From Methanocellaceae archaeon UBA148 (lineage in GTDB: Archaea > Halobacteriota > UBA148), in assembly GCA_002495885.1 (NCBI GenBank), contig DAHG01000033.1:86997-150996 (forward strand): a stretch of 64,000 nt of DNA, read 5' to 3'. Under the pieces are notes generated by a model. That model was given only the letters and a program-made list of their open reading frames with translations, had not been told where the DNA came from and did no database searches. This document shows, in pieces, positions 38,901-48,834 of this stretch. The first letter of the stretch is position 1, and each line of letters opens with the position of its first letter. A program made the position numbers and the translations under genes.

Positions 38901-39944
38901 TCATCTCTTCCTAACTTCATTCAACCCTGTCAAACAGCGTTCCACTTCCCCTAAATTCTTAAAGAATCCCGCAAAGCCAGACCACTCTAGTGGTGCTCCC
39001 TTGCAAAATTTCCACTCCTCCTTGTGTTTAGGCAACAATGCGATTGCCTGCTCTTCATTGATGCCGAAGTACTCTGCTAATCTGGTGATATAGACCTGAA
39101 ATCTAAGTCCGTCATCGGGATTACTTTCTTTTGGAATTAAACTAAATACGGTGTTTTGACTTTCTCCCATATTCCCCACAAATGCAATTGAACTTCTTGT
39201 TGTGCCTGTCCGATTAAAATGACCGCTAAGTCCTTCAACAAGTCGCAGATACATTTCACCAATACCGTTACGTTCTGCAATCTCTTGTAACTCTTCATAA
39301 GTCAGAGGGGGCTTTCTTTTTGATGTGGTCCTAGTTTGTGTCCTGTACTCGACTTCGCTCGGCTCAATCAAAAATACTCTTGCTAAAAATTCTCTTCCTT
39401 CTTCATTCCGAAAGTACTGAAAAGTAATTGCGTTTATCCCAACGCCGTAAGAGTCAGAAAGATATTTGATTATCCTCTCGGAACTGCTGTCTATTTCGGA
39501 AGCTATGACCAGCATCTTGTGATGTTCGTTCAAAATCTCTGGGATTTCCGTGCCAAACATTCTCTTGAAAGCTTCTTCAAGAGGGGCTTTATCGCCAAGA
39601 TATCTATTGGCAATTTCAGTTATTTTCTCGTTCGACAAATCTTTTATCCAAGAGGCGTAATCTAATACTTGTACAGTTATTTCTCTTGGAGTCTTCTCAC
39701 GTTTCAATTCAACAATGAGGATATCGCCATTGTATTCAATGCACAAAAGGTCAATTATTCCCCCAAATCCTGTTTCTACTTGCCTGCCAATCACTAATAA
39801 GTCGTTGGAGATTATTGGAATCTCTTTTTCCAGCCAATTCTCTAATCGCTCTTCTATATCAAGCTTTGATTTGCTGATCTCCTTTAATGTGTCCCTGTCA
39901 ATGATTTCCCATACTTTTACATCTTGCGGCATTGTATCCTCCAA
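38901..39944 (-). CDS. PD-(D/E)xK nuclease-like domain protein (DUF91/NucS C-terminal-like N-terminal domain plus ~200 aa uncharacterised C-terminal region)
   Basis: LVIGRQVETGFGGIIDLLCIEYNGDILIVELKREK gives the E...D...ELK catalytic core. Flanked by ~300-bp AT-rich non-coding DNA on both sides. Confidence 0.5.
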   Translation of the reverse strand: MEDTMPQDVKVWEIIDRDTLKEISKSKLDIEERLENWLEKEIPIISNDLLVIGRQVETGFGGIIDLLCIEYNGDILIVELKREKTPREITVQVLDYASWIKDLSNEKITEIANRYLGDKAPLEEAFKRMFGTEIPEILNEHHKMLVIASEIDSSSERIIKYLSDSYGVGINAITFQYFRNEEGREFLARVFLIEPSEVEYRTQTRTTSKRKPPLTYEELQEIAERNGIGEMYLRLVEGLSGHFNRTGTTRSSIAFVGNMGESQNTVFSLIPKESNPDDGLRFQVYITRLAEYFGINEEQAIALLPKHKEEWKFCKGAPLEWSGFAGFFKNLGEVERCLTGLNEVRKR

Positions 39945-40277
39945 TTCTTATGATGAACCAATTTCGTTTAACTCCCTATATCCGAACCCAAGTTCGCATA
40001 TCAGTCCATATTGGTGTTATATCCGCACTATTTCTTAGTTTTCACCTCCCCACACCTAAATTATTATCTAAATGACTTTTTATCTTGCTCAGTTCTTTGC
40101 TGCTTACATGAGTATGCATAGATTTCAGTGACCTTAGTATTTTTACGTCTCAAGAATTCTTGAATTTATCTAAGATTCACTATAAGAGATGAGTAGTAAA
40201 ACTGTGCCTCAGAGAATTAACTGTAACGTTTAAGGTTCGATAAATAGATACTTACCTCGTAAGGTGAATTTGACATT

Positions 40278-40940
40278 ATGACAAAAGTCGTCGCATCCTG
40301 GAGCGGTGGTAAAGATAGTTGCTTTGCATGCTATAAGACGATTTTAGATGGCTTCGATGTCGTTCATCTCCTGAATTTTTTACACGAAGATGGCAACAGG
40401 AGTTCCCATGGATTACGTGCTGAGCTATTATCAATACAATCACAGGCAATAGGTATACCAATCGTTCAGGGGATGACTAAAAGAAATACTTACGAGCAGG
40501 AGTTCAAAAAGATCGTAAGTAGCCTAAAGCAAGATGACATCCAGGGAATAGTTTTTGGAGACATCTATCTTCAGGAACATAGGGATTGGATAAAGCGGGT
40601 TTGTAGCGAGATAGATATCAGACCCATATTTCCTTTGTGGGGAATGGACACAGAAAAAATAGTCCTTGATTTTATCGATAGCGGATTTGAGGCCGTTATT
40701 GTCGCCGTTAAGGCAGAAATATTGGGTGAGGAATGGCTGGGGCAGAAGGTCGATAAAAATCTCATAGAAGAACTTAAAGAAAGAAAGATTGACCCATGCG
40801 GCGAGTCAGGCGAATATCACACATTCGTCGTCGACGGCCCACTGTTTAAAAGGCGCTTAAAGATACTTGAGGGAGACAAGGTGTTAAAGGATAGATACTG
40901 GCTGTTGGATATTTCAAAGTATGAGATTATTGACAAATAA
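40278..40940 (+). CDS. diphthine-ammonia ligase-like PP-loop ATPase (Dph6 / MJ0570 family)
   Basis: SWSGGKDS PP-loop at the N-terminus. 220 aa, alpha/beta ANH-like. Confidence 0.7.
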   Translation: MTKVVASWSGGKDSCFACYKTILDGFDVVHLLNFLHEDGNRSSHGLRAELLSIQSQAIGIPIVQGMTKRNTYEQEFKKIVSSLKQDDIQGIVFGDIYLQEHRDWIKRVCSEIDIRPIFPLWGMDTEKIVLDFIDSGFEAVIVAVKAEILGEEWLGQKVDKNLIEELKERKIDPCGESGEYHTFVVDGPLFKRRLKILEGDKVLKDRYWLLDISKYEIIDK

Positions 40941-40960
40941 TTCATATCATACTCATTCAT

Positions 40961-41878
40961 TCATACCAAATTCTTCAGTCCTGCATCCCTGACGATCTCG
41001 AGCGCCCTCATTCTTTCGTCATATCTGAGGCAACGGTTCAGCTCTGGATATTGATTCGCTTTGTAATGGGGGTTATATTGGAACATGAGATTGAACCTTA
41101 TGTTAGGCATATGATCCGCAACCCATTGAACTATTGGCTTGGTGCAGCACTCAAGATGATTGGGCAGCACAAGATGGCGAAGAATTACTTCGGCGTCCTG
41201 CCAGGCACTCATGAAATTTCGGGTGGTGATACTCCAATAGTCTTTCAAGTTTGAATATTTCTCAGCGCACCCATCGTTCCCATATCTGAAGTCAGCCAAG
41301 TAGACATCTATCACACCCCTTAGCAAATCCATCGTATCGCCAGAGCAATACATGTTCGAGTTCCAGACCATGGGTGTGTTGACATTGCACGCATTCATGA
41401 TACGTAGTATGGAATGCAAATGAGGAGTTGGCTCCCCTCCCACGAAGTTCACGTTTTTTGCACCCTGATAGTTCCTCATCGTGATGATCTCTGCCATTCT
41501 TTTTGGAAGTAAGGGCGTTCCGGTGACAAACCGGTTTGCTATGTCCCAGTTTTGGCAGTATACGCACGCAAATGTGCAACCCACAAAAAAGATCGTATGC
41601 GATGGCACTAGCTCGGGCTCCTCGCCATAGTGTAAAAATTCAGATGCATAACACGAGATGGCATTGATACCGCAGTATCCGACTTCCTTTGCCTGTCGGT
41701 CCACTCCACAGCGACGCTCACAAAAATGACAGCTCCGCAGGATATCATCAGCGATTTCTATTTTTCTATCGAGCAGTGATTTTTCCTTCGCAGATTTTTC
41801 CTTCGCAATTAGATACCTGGCCTTTTGATCGTTGCTTAAGACGGCGAAGTATCGATCCAATCCTTGTACGAAAGACAT
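40961..41878 (-). CDS. PflX-like radical SAM protein (COG1313 type)
   Basis: N-terminal CHFCERRCGVDR...GYCG cluster, then the canonical radical SAM CTFACVYCQN (CxxxCxxC). Confidence 0.65.
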   Translation of the reverse strand: MSFVQGLDRYFAVLSNDQKARYLIAKEKSAKEKSLLDRKIEIADDILRSCHFCERRCGVDRQAKEVGYCGINAISCYASEFLHYGEEPELVPSHTIFFVGCTFACVYCQNWDIANRFVTGTPLLPKRMAEIITMRNYQGAKNVNFVGGEPTPHLHSILRIMNACNVNTPMVWNSNMYCSGDTMDLLRGVIDVYLADFRYGNDGCAEKYSNLKDYWSITTRNFMSAWQDAEVILRHLVLPNHLECCTKPIVQWVADHMPNIRFNLMFQYNPHYKANQYPELNRCLRYDERMRALEIVRDAGLKNLV

Positions 41879-41885
41879 GACATTA

Positions 41886-43769
41886 TCATTGAAGTACTGC
41901 CTTATCTAATGGGATGCCAACCTTGGTCTCAGAGGCAATTTTTTTGAGCCTTTTGAGCAAACCCGCTCGTCTCTTTCCGATCAGGCTGTGCTCCAAAACT
42001 TCTTCTATGGTGGAGACTGGGATGATCTTGATATCCTTCGCATATTTTTCCTCGATCAGCACATCCTTCTCATTGGACTTGGGTATCAAAACCGTCTTGA
42101 TGCCTGCTTTTGCCGCCGCCTCTATCTTGTAGGTCACCCCCCCAACTGGGAGCACCTCCCCCCGGACTGAGAGAGAGCCTGTCATAGCCACACTTTGATC
42201 TATGGGAATCCCCTCTAGTGCAGATATGATCGCAGTTGCAACACTTATGCTTGCGGAATCCCCTTCAACCCCCTCATATGTGCCTATGAACTGGATGTGT
42301 ATGTCTTTAGAGGATAGGTCATGTCCGCTAAATTTCTTGATAAACGCTGAGACGTTCTGCACCGCCTCTAGTGCTATCTCTTGAAGCAGACCGGTTGCTA
42401 TCACTCTTCCTTCTTCTTTGGATTGCGCAGGAGTTATCTCCGCGACGATTGGAAGCACAACGCCCGGCTCGCCCATGATTGCAAGCCCGTTAACTCTGCC
42501 GATTTCCGCACCTTTATTCCTGAACATATCATAATCCTTTCTATGCTCAAGATACTGATCGGCAACTTGCTGTTCGACTGAGCGTGCTATCTTTTTAGCC
42601 CCGAAAACATGTTCAGCTGTAGTAAGTTCAGCATCTCCAGATATAGCCATATCGCCGGAAACCCTGATCAAGCCACCGAGATCTCTTAACTTGAGGGTTA
42701 ACTGACCTCTCCGACCAGCTCTCCTCTGGGCTTCTCTAATGATTTCCCTGACTGCACCCCTCGTAAAATGAGGGATTTTTTTGTCCCTCTCCACTTCCTG
42801 AGCGACAAATCTGACCAACTTTTGTCTGTTGGCAGGAGAGTCCTCCATATAATCCTGCATGTAAACTTCATAGCCGTATCCTTTTATTCTTGAGCGTAGA
42901 GCGGGATGCATGCCCTCGACTGCATCAAGGTTACCTGCAATCACCATGACAAAATTACAGGGTACGGGGTCCGTCTTCACCATCGCTCCAGAGCTTCGCT
43001 CAGACTGGCCTGTAATGGGATACTCGCCTTCCTGCAAAGCAGTGAGTAGGTTCTGTTGAGATTCTATGTGTAGTGTGTTAATCTCGTCGATGAAAAGAAC
43101 GCCTTTATGCGCCTTGTGGATTGCGCCCACCTCAACCCTCTCATGCGACGGAGTCTCTAGCCCCCCGCTCTGGAAAGGATCATGTCGTACATCTCCCAAA
43201 AGTGCGCCAGCATGCGCACCGGTGGCATCAATATACGGGGCGGTATCCTTCCCTTCATTGGATACCAACAACTTGGGGATGTCCCTCTCTTCTCTGGGCG
43301 TAATATATCTGAGCGCGATGAAAAGAAGTAGGGCGACTATGATACCCATCAACCACTCTCCTTGCATGAAGGCAAAAATCAAGATGGTCATGACGAGCAG
43401 CATATATAGCAGATTCCTCGTCTGGGCTTTCTTCTGGGCTTCCATTTTATGAGACTGTACTATCTGTTTCCCTTTCCCAGCTGGAATTGCCCTCACCTTT
43501 GGATTGTTGGTGTCCTCTGGATTGTTATATACCAGGATGTCCTGCAGCTCCTCTTTGGGTAGAAGTTCAGCCATGCCCTTCGCTAGCATCGATTTGCCTG
43601 TTCCGGGAGTGCCGATCAGCATTACATGTCTTCTCTGCTTAGCTGCCTTCTTGATTACTTCGACAGCCCTCTCTTGACCGATCACCTGATCGATTAGGAG
43701 TTCTGGCACTTTTATATCCTTAGTAGCCTCAAACTCTAGTCCACCAAAAATATCGTTTTCATCGCCCAT
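41886..43769 (-). CDS. lonB: archaeal membrane-bound ATP-dependent protease LonB
   Basis: AAA+ Walker A GTPGTGKS. Two TM helices inserted between Walker A and B. C-terminal Ser-Lys dyad protease domain (MTGSLSVRGEVLPVGG...K). Confidence 0.9.
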   Translation of the reverse strand: MGDENDIFGGLEFEATKDIKVPELLIDQVIGQERAVEVIKKAAKQRRHVMLIGTPGTGKSMLAKGMAELLPKEELQDILVYNNPEDTNNPKVRAIPAGKGKQIVQSHKMEAQKKAQTRNLLYMLLVMTILIFAFMQGEWLMGIIVALLLFIALRYITPREERDIPKLLVSNEGKDTAPYIDATGAHAGALLGDVRHDPFQSGGLETPSHERVEVGAIHKAHKGVLFIDEINTLHIESQQNLLTALQEGEYPITGQSERSSGAMVKTDPVPCNFVMVIAGNLDAVEGMHPALRSRIKGYGYEVYMQDYMEDSPANRQKLVRFVAQEVERDKKIPHFTRGAVREIIREAQRRAGRRGQLTLKLRDLGGLIRVSGDMAISGDAELTTAEHVFGAKKIARSVEQQVADQYLEHRKDYDMFRNKGAEIGRVNGLAIMGEPGVVLPIVAEITPAQSKEEGRVIATGLLQEIALEAVQNVSAFIKKFSGHDLSSKDIHIQFIGTYEGVEGDSASISVATAIISALEGIPIDQSVAMTGSLSVRGEVLPVGGVTYKIEAAAKAGIKTVLIPKSNEKDVLIEEKYAKDIKIIPVSTIEEVLEHSLIGKRRAGLLKRLKKIASETKVGIPLDKAVLQ

Positions 43770-43796
43770 ATTACCCTATAAAATGACATTCATGAC

Positions 43797-45110
43797 CTAT
43801 AAATCTATCACATCTTCAAGGGCTAGCGTCAGCACATCAACGATCGCCGACATGGGGGGCGCATAGCAAGTTTCAGCCATCAGCATTTGCTGGGCAGTCA
43901 TGCCGCTTTTGATCACAAGTGATAACGCATCTATCCTTTCCTTTGCCCCTTCTTCTGAGATGACCTGTGCGCCGATCAACCTTTTTTCAAAAAATAAAAG
44001 CTTTATGTTTATTTTCTTTGCCTCTGGATAATAGCTTGACCTTGTCAGTCCCTTTGCCTTTCCCTCGACAGGAGTAAGTTCCGCATTCTTTGCTACATTA
44101 GATGTCACTCCTACGGATCCGACCTGAAGATCGCCCACCAAGCAGATGGTTGGATGGAGGACTGGACCAAACACCATACTTCCGCCGCAGACGTTCTCTG
44201 CCACCACTTTGGCTTGCATCACCGCAGAACTACCCCGTGGACTAAGGCATGGGCGATTGGTTATGCAATTCATAACCTCAACACAATCACCTGCAGCATA
44301 TACATTCTCTGCCACCCTCATGGCTGAGTCGACCTTAATTCCTTCTGTTTCGCCAACCCCTATGCCTGCCTGTCTTGAAAGACAAGTGCTTGGCATAGTT
44401 CCTGTACACAGTATTACCAAATCGGCTGTAACTACCTCTTTCCCGATGGTTACAAATTCTACGTTATCAGAGCCATTGATCGAGCCCAATGAAAAACCGG
44501 TCATCACTTTTACACCCAAATCCTCCAAATGGTTCTGTACGGGGGAGGCCATATCTGGATCCAGCATGCAAGGAAGCACATATGGGGCCTTCTCTACCAC
44601 GGTTGTATCGATTCCAACTTTGATAAATGCGGTGGCAATCTCAAGACCGGTTGGACCAGCCCCAACTATTACGGCCTTTTTTGCGTTATTCATGGCATCT
44701 TTAACTTTTTGGCCATCATCAAGACTTCTGAGAATGTAAACGCCCTTTTTGTCGGTTCCGGGAATTTGTGGAATTAAAGAAAGAGAGCCAGTTGCTATTA
44801 CCAGTTTATCATAACAGAATTGCTTTCCATTTGCAATGATCGATTTGGAGGGCAAATCAATTGCGGTGACTTCTGTATTGGTTTGAACGTCAATGCACTG
44901 GTCTTTATAATTCTGAACATCGTGCATTATCAACTCTTCAAAGGACGAAACCTGGCCAGAAAGAACGAAAGGTATACCGCAGGGCGAATATGCTGTATGT
45001 TTGTCCTTGGTAAAAATGGTGATATCCATATCTGGGGCTTTTTTCCTGACATGCAAGGCTACGGAGGTCCCGGCGGTTCCACCACCAATGACTATGAGCT
45101 TTTCTGGCAT
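43797..45110 (-). CDS. pyridine nucleotide-disulfide oxidoreductase (CoA-disulfide reductase / NADH oxidase, single redox-Cys type)
   Basis: GGGTAG FAD site, active-site SPCGIPF, second GAGPTGLE NAD(P) site. ~437 aa. Confidence 0.8.
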   Translation of the reverse strand: MPEKLIVIGGGTAGTSVALHVRKKAPDMDITIFTKDKHTAYSPCGIPFVLSGQVSSFEELIMHDVQNYKDQCIDVQTNTEVTAIDLPSKSIIANGKQFCYDKLVIATGSLSLIPQIPGTDKKGVYILRSLDDGQKVKDAMNNAKKAVIVGAGPTGLEIATAFIKVGIDTTVVEKAPYVLPCMLDPDMASPVQNHLEDLGVKVMTGFSLGSINGSDNVEFVTIGKEVVTADLVILCTGTMPSTCLSRQAGIGVGETEGIKVDSAMRVAENVYAAGDCVEVMNCITNRPCLSPRGSSAVMQAKVVAENVCGGSMVFGPVLHPTICLVGDLQVGSVGVTSNVAKNAELTPVEGKAKGLTRSSYYPEAKKINIKLLFFEKRLIGAQVISEEGAKERIDALSLVIKSGMTAQQMLMAETCYAPPMSAIVDVLTLALEDVIDL

Positions 45111-45198
45111 GATGTTACCCTATCTATCAATTGCAATATTTATAAATAAGACTGCTGATGAAATCTTTTTAATAAGGGTAAAACAATTACATCATGAC

Positions 45199-46038
45199 AT
45201 GATGAAGATTATTGGTGGACCTGCATCTCAATTACTCGCAGCTAGGGTTGCATCTGAGTTGGAATGTGAGCTTGCTTTGGCAGAATATAAGCGATTTCCT
45301 GATGGTGAATCATACGTACGCGTGTTGGATGAAATCGATGATGTGGTCATCATCCAAAGTATGGTTTCTGATGAAGACCTGATCTACTTATTGCAATTGA
45401 TCGATGCATGCAGTGAAGCATCCGTTAGGGTGGTCATTCCTTATTTTGGATATGCTCGCCAAGGTAGACGATTCCAACCTGGTGAGGCTATCAGTGCAAA
45501 GGTCATGGCAAAAACGATTGAGGCAGAGGAAATTTTAACGGTAAACATTCATGACCCCCCTGTCTTAGATTACTTCAGCGTAAAAGTACGGGATTTAGAT
45601 GCAGCGCCGTTGATCGGCGAATATATGCAATCGCTGGATCTCCAAAAACCGATCTTCATAGCACCAGATGAATTTGCGGGATCATTGGCAAGATCGGTTG
45701 CATCCAAGCTAGGTGCGGATTATGATGTGCTGGAGAAAAAAAGGCTGAGCGGAGATCACGTGGAGATAAAGGCGAAACATCTGGATGTAGCGAACAGAGA
45801 CGTAATAATTATCGACGACATGGTCTCCACTGGAGGTACTATGTCTGAGGCAATAGAACTACTCCGAAGGCAAAAATCCAAGGATGTTTATGTCGCTTGC
45901 GTACATCCCGTCTTGGCCATGAATGCCGTTTGTAGGTTGTTCAAAGCAGGCGTAAAGGAAATCATTGCGACGGATACCATTGAGAGCGGGATCAGCATCA
46001 TCAGCGTTGCACCTCTGATCGCTGGAGCTTTGAAGTGA
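45199..46038 (+). CDS. prs: ribose-phosphate pyrophosphokinase (PRPP synthetase)
   Basis: MMKIIGGPASQLLAARVA...RFPDGESYVRV..., and the PRPP-binding loop DDMVSTGGT. Track start at 45001 rejected because it overlaps the convergent gene. Confidence 0.85.
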   Translation: MMKIIGGPASQLLAARVASELECELALAEYKRFPDGESYVRVLDEIDDVVIIQSMVSDEDLIYLLQLIDACSEASVRVVIPYFGYARQGRRFQPGEAISAKVMAKTIEAEEILTVNIHDPPVLDYFSVKVRDLDAAPLIGEYMQSLDLQKPIFIAPDEFAGSLARSVASKLGADYDVLEKKRLSGDHVEIKAKHLDVANRDVIIIDDMVSTGGTMSEAIELLRRQKSKDVYVACVHPVLAMNAVCRLFKAGVKEIIATDTIESGISIISVAPLIAGALK

Positions 46039-46480
46039 TGCGCAGCAGATCGATAGATTTTTTTGTCAAATTTAATAAATAAATAGAGGCCGAAATCGTA
46101 AAAAGTTTCGGCATAGTAGAAATGGTCATAATTTTGCTAGAGGCATCTGCAGGGGTTTAATTAGAATTCGATAGTGCTCACTTCACTAGCCTGTTCCCAA
46201 AGGGGTTTTTCAGCTGCTAAGAAATGGCGAACTTGCTGAAAATGGCGAATTTTTGAGCACCATCGAGATAGTTCTTGCATCACTCGTGATGGATGGATAA
46301 CATGTGTTTTTATTCCTCTGAAACTTTGGCGAACTTGGACCCATTCTAACTAACTGCCCTGTAATTCAAAAAAGTTGTTATAATTAATCTCTTTGTATTG
46401 ACCATAACCCTATTGTCAAATTATTGGTTAGAATAAATGGAAATATAAATAAATGCAAAATAAATTTTAGGATCGATCTG

Positions 46481-47485
46481 ATGTTAGAAATAGACGGCTC
46501 ATATGGGGAGGGTGGGGGTCAAATCCTTAGGACAACCCTCGCACTGTCAGCAGTTACTGGGAGACCAGTTTACATTAAGAACATCAGGGCAAAAAGGCCA
46601 AAACCTGGATTGGCTGCTCAACATTTGGAGGCATTAAGGTGCATCGCATTGCTCACAGATGCTGATGTTAGTGGATTAAAATTAGGATCCACCGAGTTGA
46701 CATTCTATCCGAAGGAGATTAAAAGCGGGGAATATGATATCGATATTGGCACTGCAGGCAGCATAACTCTTCTCTTGCAATGCCTGATGCCAGCGGCAGT
46801 TAGAATTAAAGATTCAATTTCGCTTAACCTAAGGGGTGGCACGGACGTCGCATGGAGTCCACCCATTGACTATCTCAGATATGTAATGCTACCCACGATA
46901 GCCAAGATGGGATATTGCGCTCATATCGATTTGATCAGGAGAGGGTATTACCCAAGGGGCGGGGGATTAGTGAAGGCAGTTATATATCCCTCCGCTCTTA
47001 GTGGGGTTGTGCTACAGGGGGGGGACATCGAAATTAAGGGCGTTTCCCACTGCTCGAGACTGCCAGAGCATGTTGCAATGAGACAGGCAATATCGGCAAA
47101 AGAAGTGTTAGTAGAAGGGGGATATGATGCACAAATATCCACGGAATTTAGCCAAAATAATTCCACTGGCAGTGGTATTACACTATGGTGCCCTGGAATG
47201 GGGGGGAGCTCACTTGGTGAAAGGGGTAAACCCGCTGAAGAGGTTGGAAGAGAGGCTGCAAGAGCTCTTCTGGATGAATTAAGATCTGGTGCAAGCACTG
47301 ATGTACATCTAGCGGATCAGTTGATACCCTATATGGCCTTGGCCAATGGAGAATGCTCTCTCACCACGAGACTCCTAACATCACATGCAAGAACAAATAT
47401 CTGGGTGGTTGAAAGATTCTTGGATTTTAAATTTAAGATAGGGGGTAAAACGGGGAAAAATGATTTTGTTTGTATTAGGAAATGA
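46481..47485 (+). CDS. rtcA: RNA 3-prime-terminal phosphate cyclase RtcA
   Basis: MLEIDGSYGEGGGQILRTTLALSAVTG matches the RtcA N-terminus. The adenylated His region is present. Track start at 46424 is probably upstream of the true start. Confidence 0.85.
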   Translation: MLEIDGSYGEGGGQILRTTLALSAVTGRPVYIKNIRAKRPKPGLAAQHLEALRCIALLTDADVSGLKLGSTELTFYPKEIKSGEYDIDIGTAGSITLLLQCLMPAAVRIKDSISLNLRGGTDVAWSPPIDYLRYVMLPTIAKMGYCAHIDLIRRGYYPRGGGLVKAVIYPSALSGVVLQGGDIEIKGVSHCSRLPEHVAMRQAISAKEVLVEGGYDAQISTEFSQNNSTGSGITLWCPGMGGSSLGERGKPAEEVGREAARALLDELRSGASTDVHLADQLIPYMALANGECSLTTRLLTSHARTNIWVVERFLDFKFKIGGKTGKNDFVCIRK

Positions 47486-48113
47486 TCTCCAGAAATTCTG
47501 GTGGAATGCTATCTGATATGCAAATTTGATCGTTGACTTTCATCATCTTGATCCCTTGGGATTGGGCGTTTTGCGCATCGATTATTATTACCACGGGCTG
47601 ATCAGTCCTAAATTTTGCGACCCTGATAGCCTCATCGAAAGAGGTGCTCAGGTGAACATATCTTTGACCGACGGACTTCAGTCCAATATCCATGATCCTG
47701 CCTGCCTCCTCCATGGTCGTCCCATAATACAATTCCAACAACTCGTTTTCTGGAAAGTCTAGATCCACATTGACAGAATGGGCATACTTAGCTCGAATCC
47801 TTTCTCCACTTAGCTCGTATCTACCTTTAACATCAGACTCTATCAATGCAAATAAATGCTCCATGTGAAACCATCGGTACTTGGCCTCTATTGCACTGAT
47901 TAGTTGGTTTACATCCACCCATCCCTGCTTGTCCATATTCAGACCTAGCTCGTGGGGAAAGTGCCTTAAGGCGCCAGATACCATCTTTCCAAGACTGGTT
48001 ACCTTGGTTTCGTCTAGGACAAAACTTCCAGGGTTTCCGCACTCGCATGTTTCCCCCCTAAAATAACCATGCTTGATACACATTCTTATCTGTCCACTTT
48101 CCATATTACTCAC
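47475..48113 (-). CDS. kptA: RNA 2-prime-phosphotransferase (Tpt1/KptA) with N-terminal zinc ribbon
   Basis: SGALRHFPHELGLNMDKQGWV, YYGTT and RYVHLS motifs of Tpt1. N-terminal CIKHGYFRGETCEC. Confidence 0.7.
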   Translation of the reverse strand: MSNMESGQIRMCIKHGYFRGETCECGNPGSFVLDETKVTSLGKMVSGALRHFPHELGLNMDKQGWVDVNQLISAIEAKYRWFHMEHLFALIESDVKGRYELSGERIRAKYAHSVNVDLDFPENELLELYYGTTMEEAGRIMDIGLKSVGQRYVHLSTSFDEAIRVAKFRTDQPVVIIIDAQNAQSQGIKMMKVNDQICISDSIPPEFLEIIS

Positions 48114-48834
48114 CTCGCTTTGTGAATACCTCTCCCGTTGCTAGTATCTCTTCTACTTATACCGCCAGTATTTTAAAATCTTTTCGGAGTAGATGTAACT
48201 AAACAATACCCCCATAATATTAATCACAAAGCTCTCATAGCAGAAATAATTGACGTAACAATGCATTTATGGGAGCGCTCAGAGTAAAATTTACTTTAGT
48301 GAGGACATACCGAGACAGCTCGAAGGAGAGCAGAGATTTAACACAACACCTAAAAATAGCAATTGTGAACACATTGACATCCATCTAAATAAAACATAAA
48401 CGATAGAGGACTATTCTATAGGGAAAATAGCATCTGTGATTCGGTTCTCCTGCTAGGAGACGGTACGGAAACCATCTATATATAAATATAAAGAAAACGG
48501 ATGTGGATTAAGTTCTGTATAACTAAAGTCATTTTCTGTCGAAGTCCATTTTACTGGAAAGCTGACTTCAGAACGAAAAATAGTTCTATATCATTTGAAG
48601 AAATTTGAAGAAACAGAGAAATATTATGCATTTCACTTGTTTATATTATAGGTAAATGAACTAATAAGATTCTAAAATATTTCAGAAAATGTGAGAGCTT
48701 TGAGCATCTTGTTTACCAAGTGACCATTGACTCTAGAAAGCATTCACGGCCGAAGGATAGGATCATATTGCTTAGAAAATACTTAAGAGATTTTATCGAT
48801 TAGGGTTAAACGTATTAATCATGGAAACAATAAT

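Noticed and set aside
44146-44739. 197-aa ORF antisense to the CoADR/Nox gene
   Set aside because: Shadow ORF. The sense strand carries FAD/NAD and redox-Cys motifs.
45001-45198. N-terminal 66 codons of the track ORF 45001-46038
   Set aside because: They overlap the convergent CoADR gene. The Prs consensus starts at MMKIIGG (45199), so the extension is an ORF-finder artefact.
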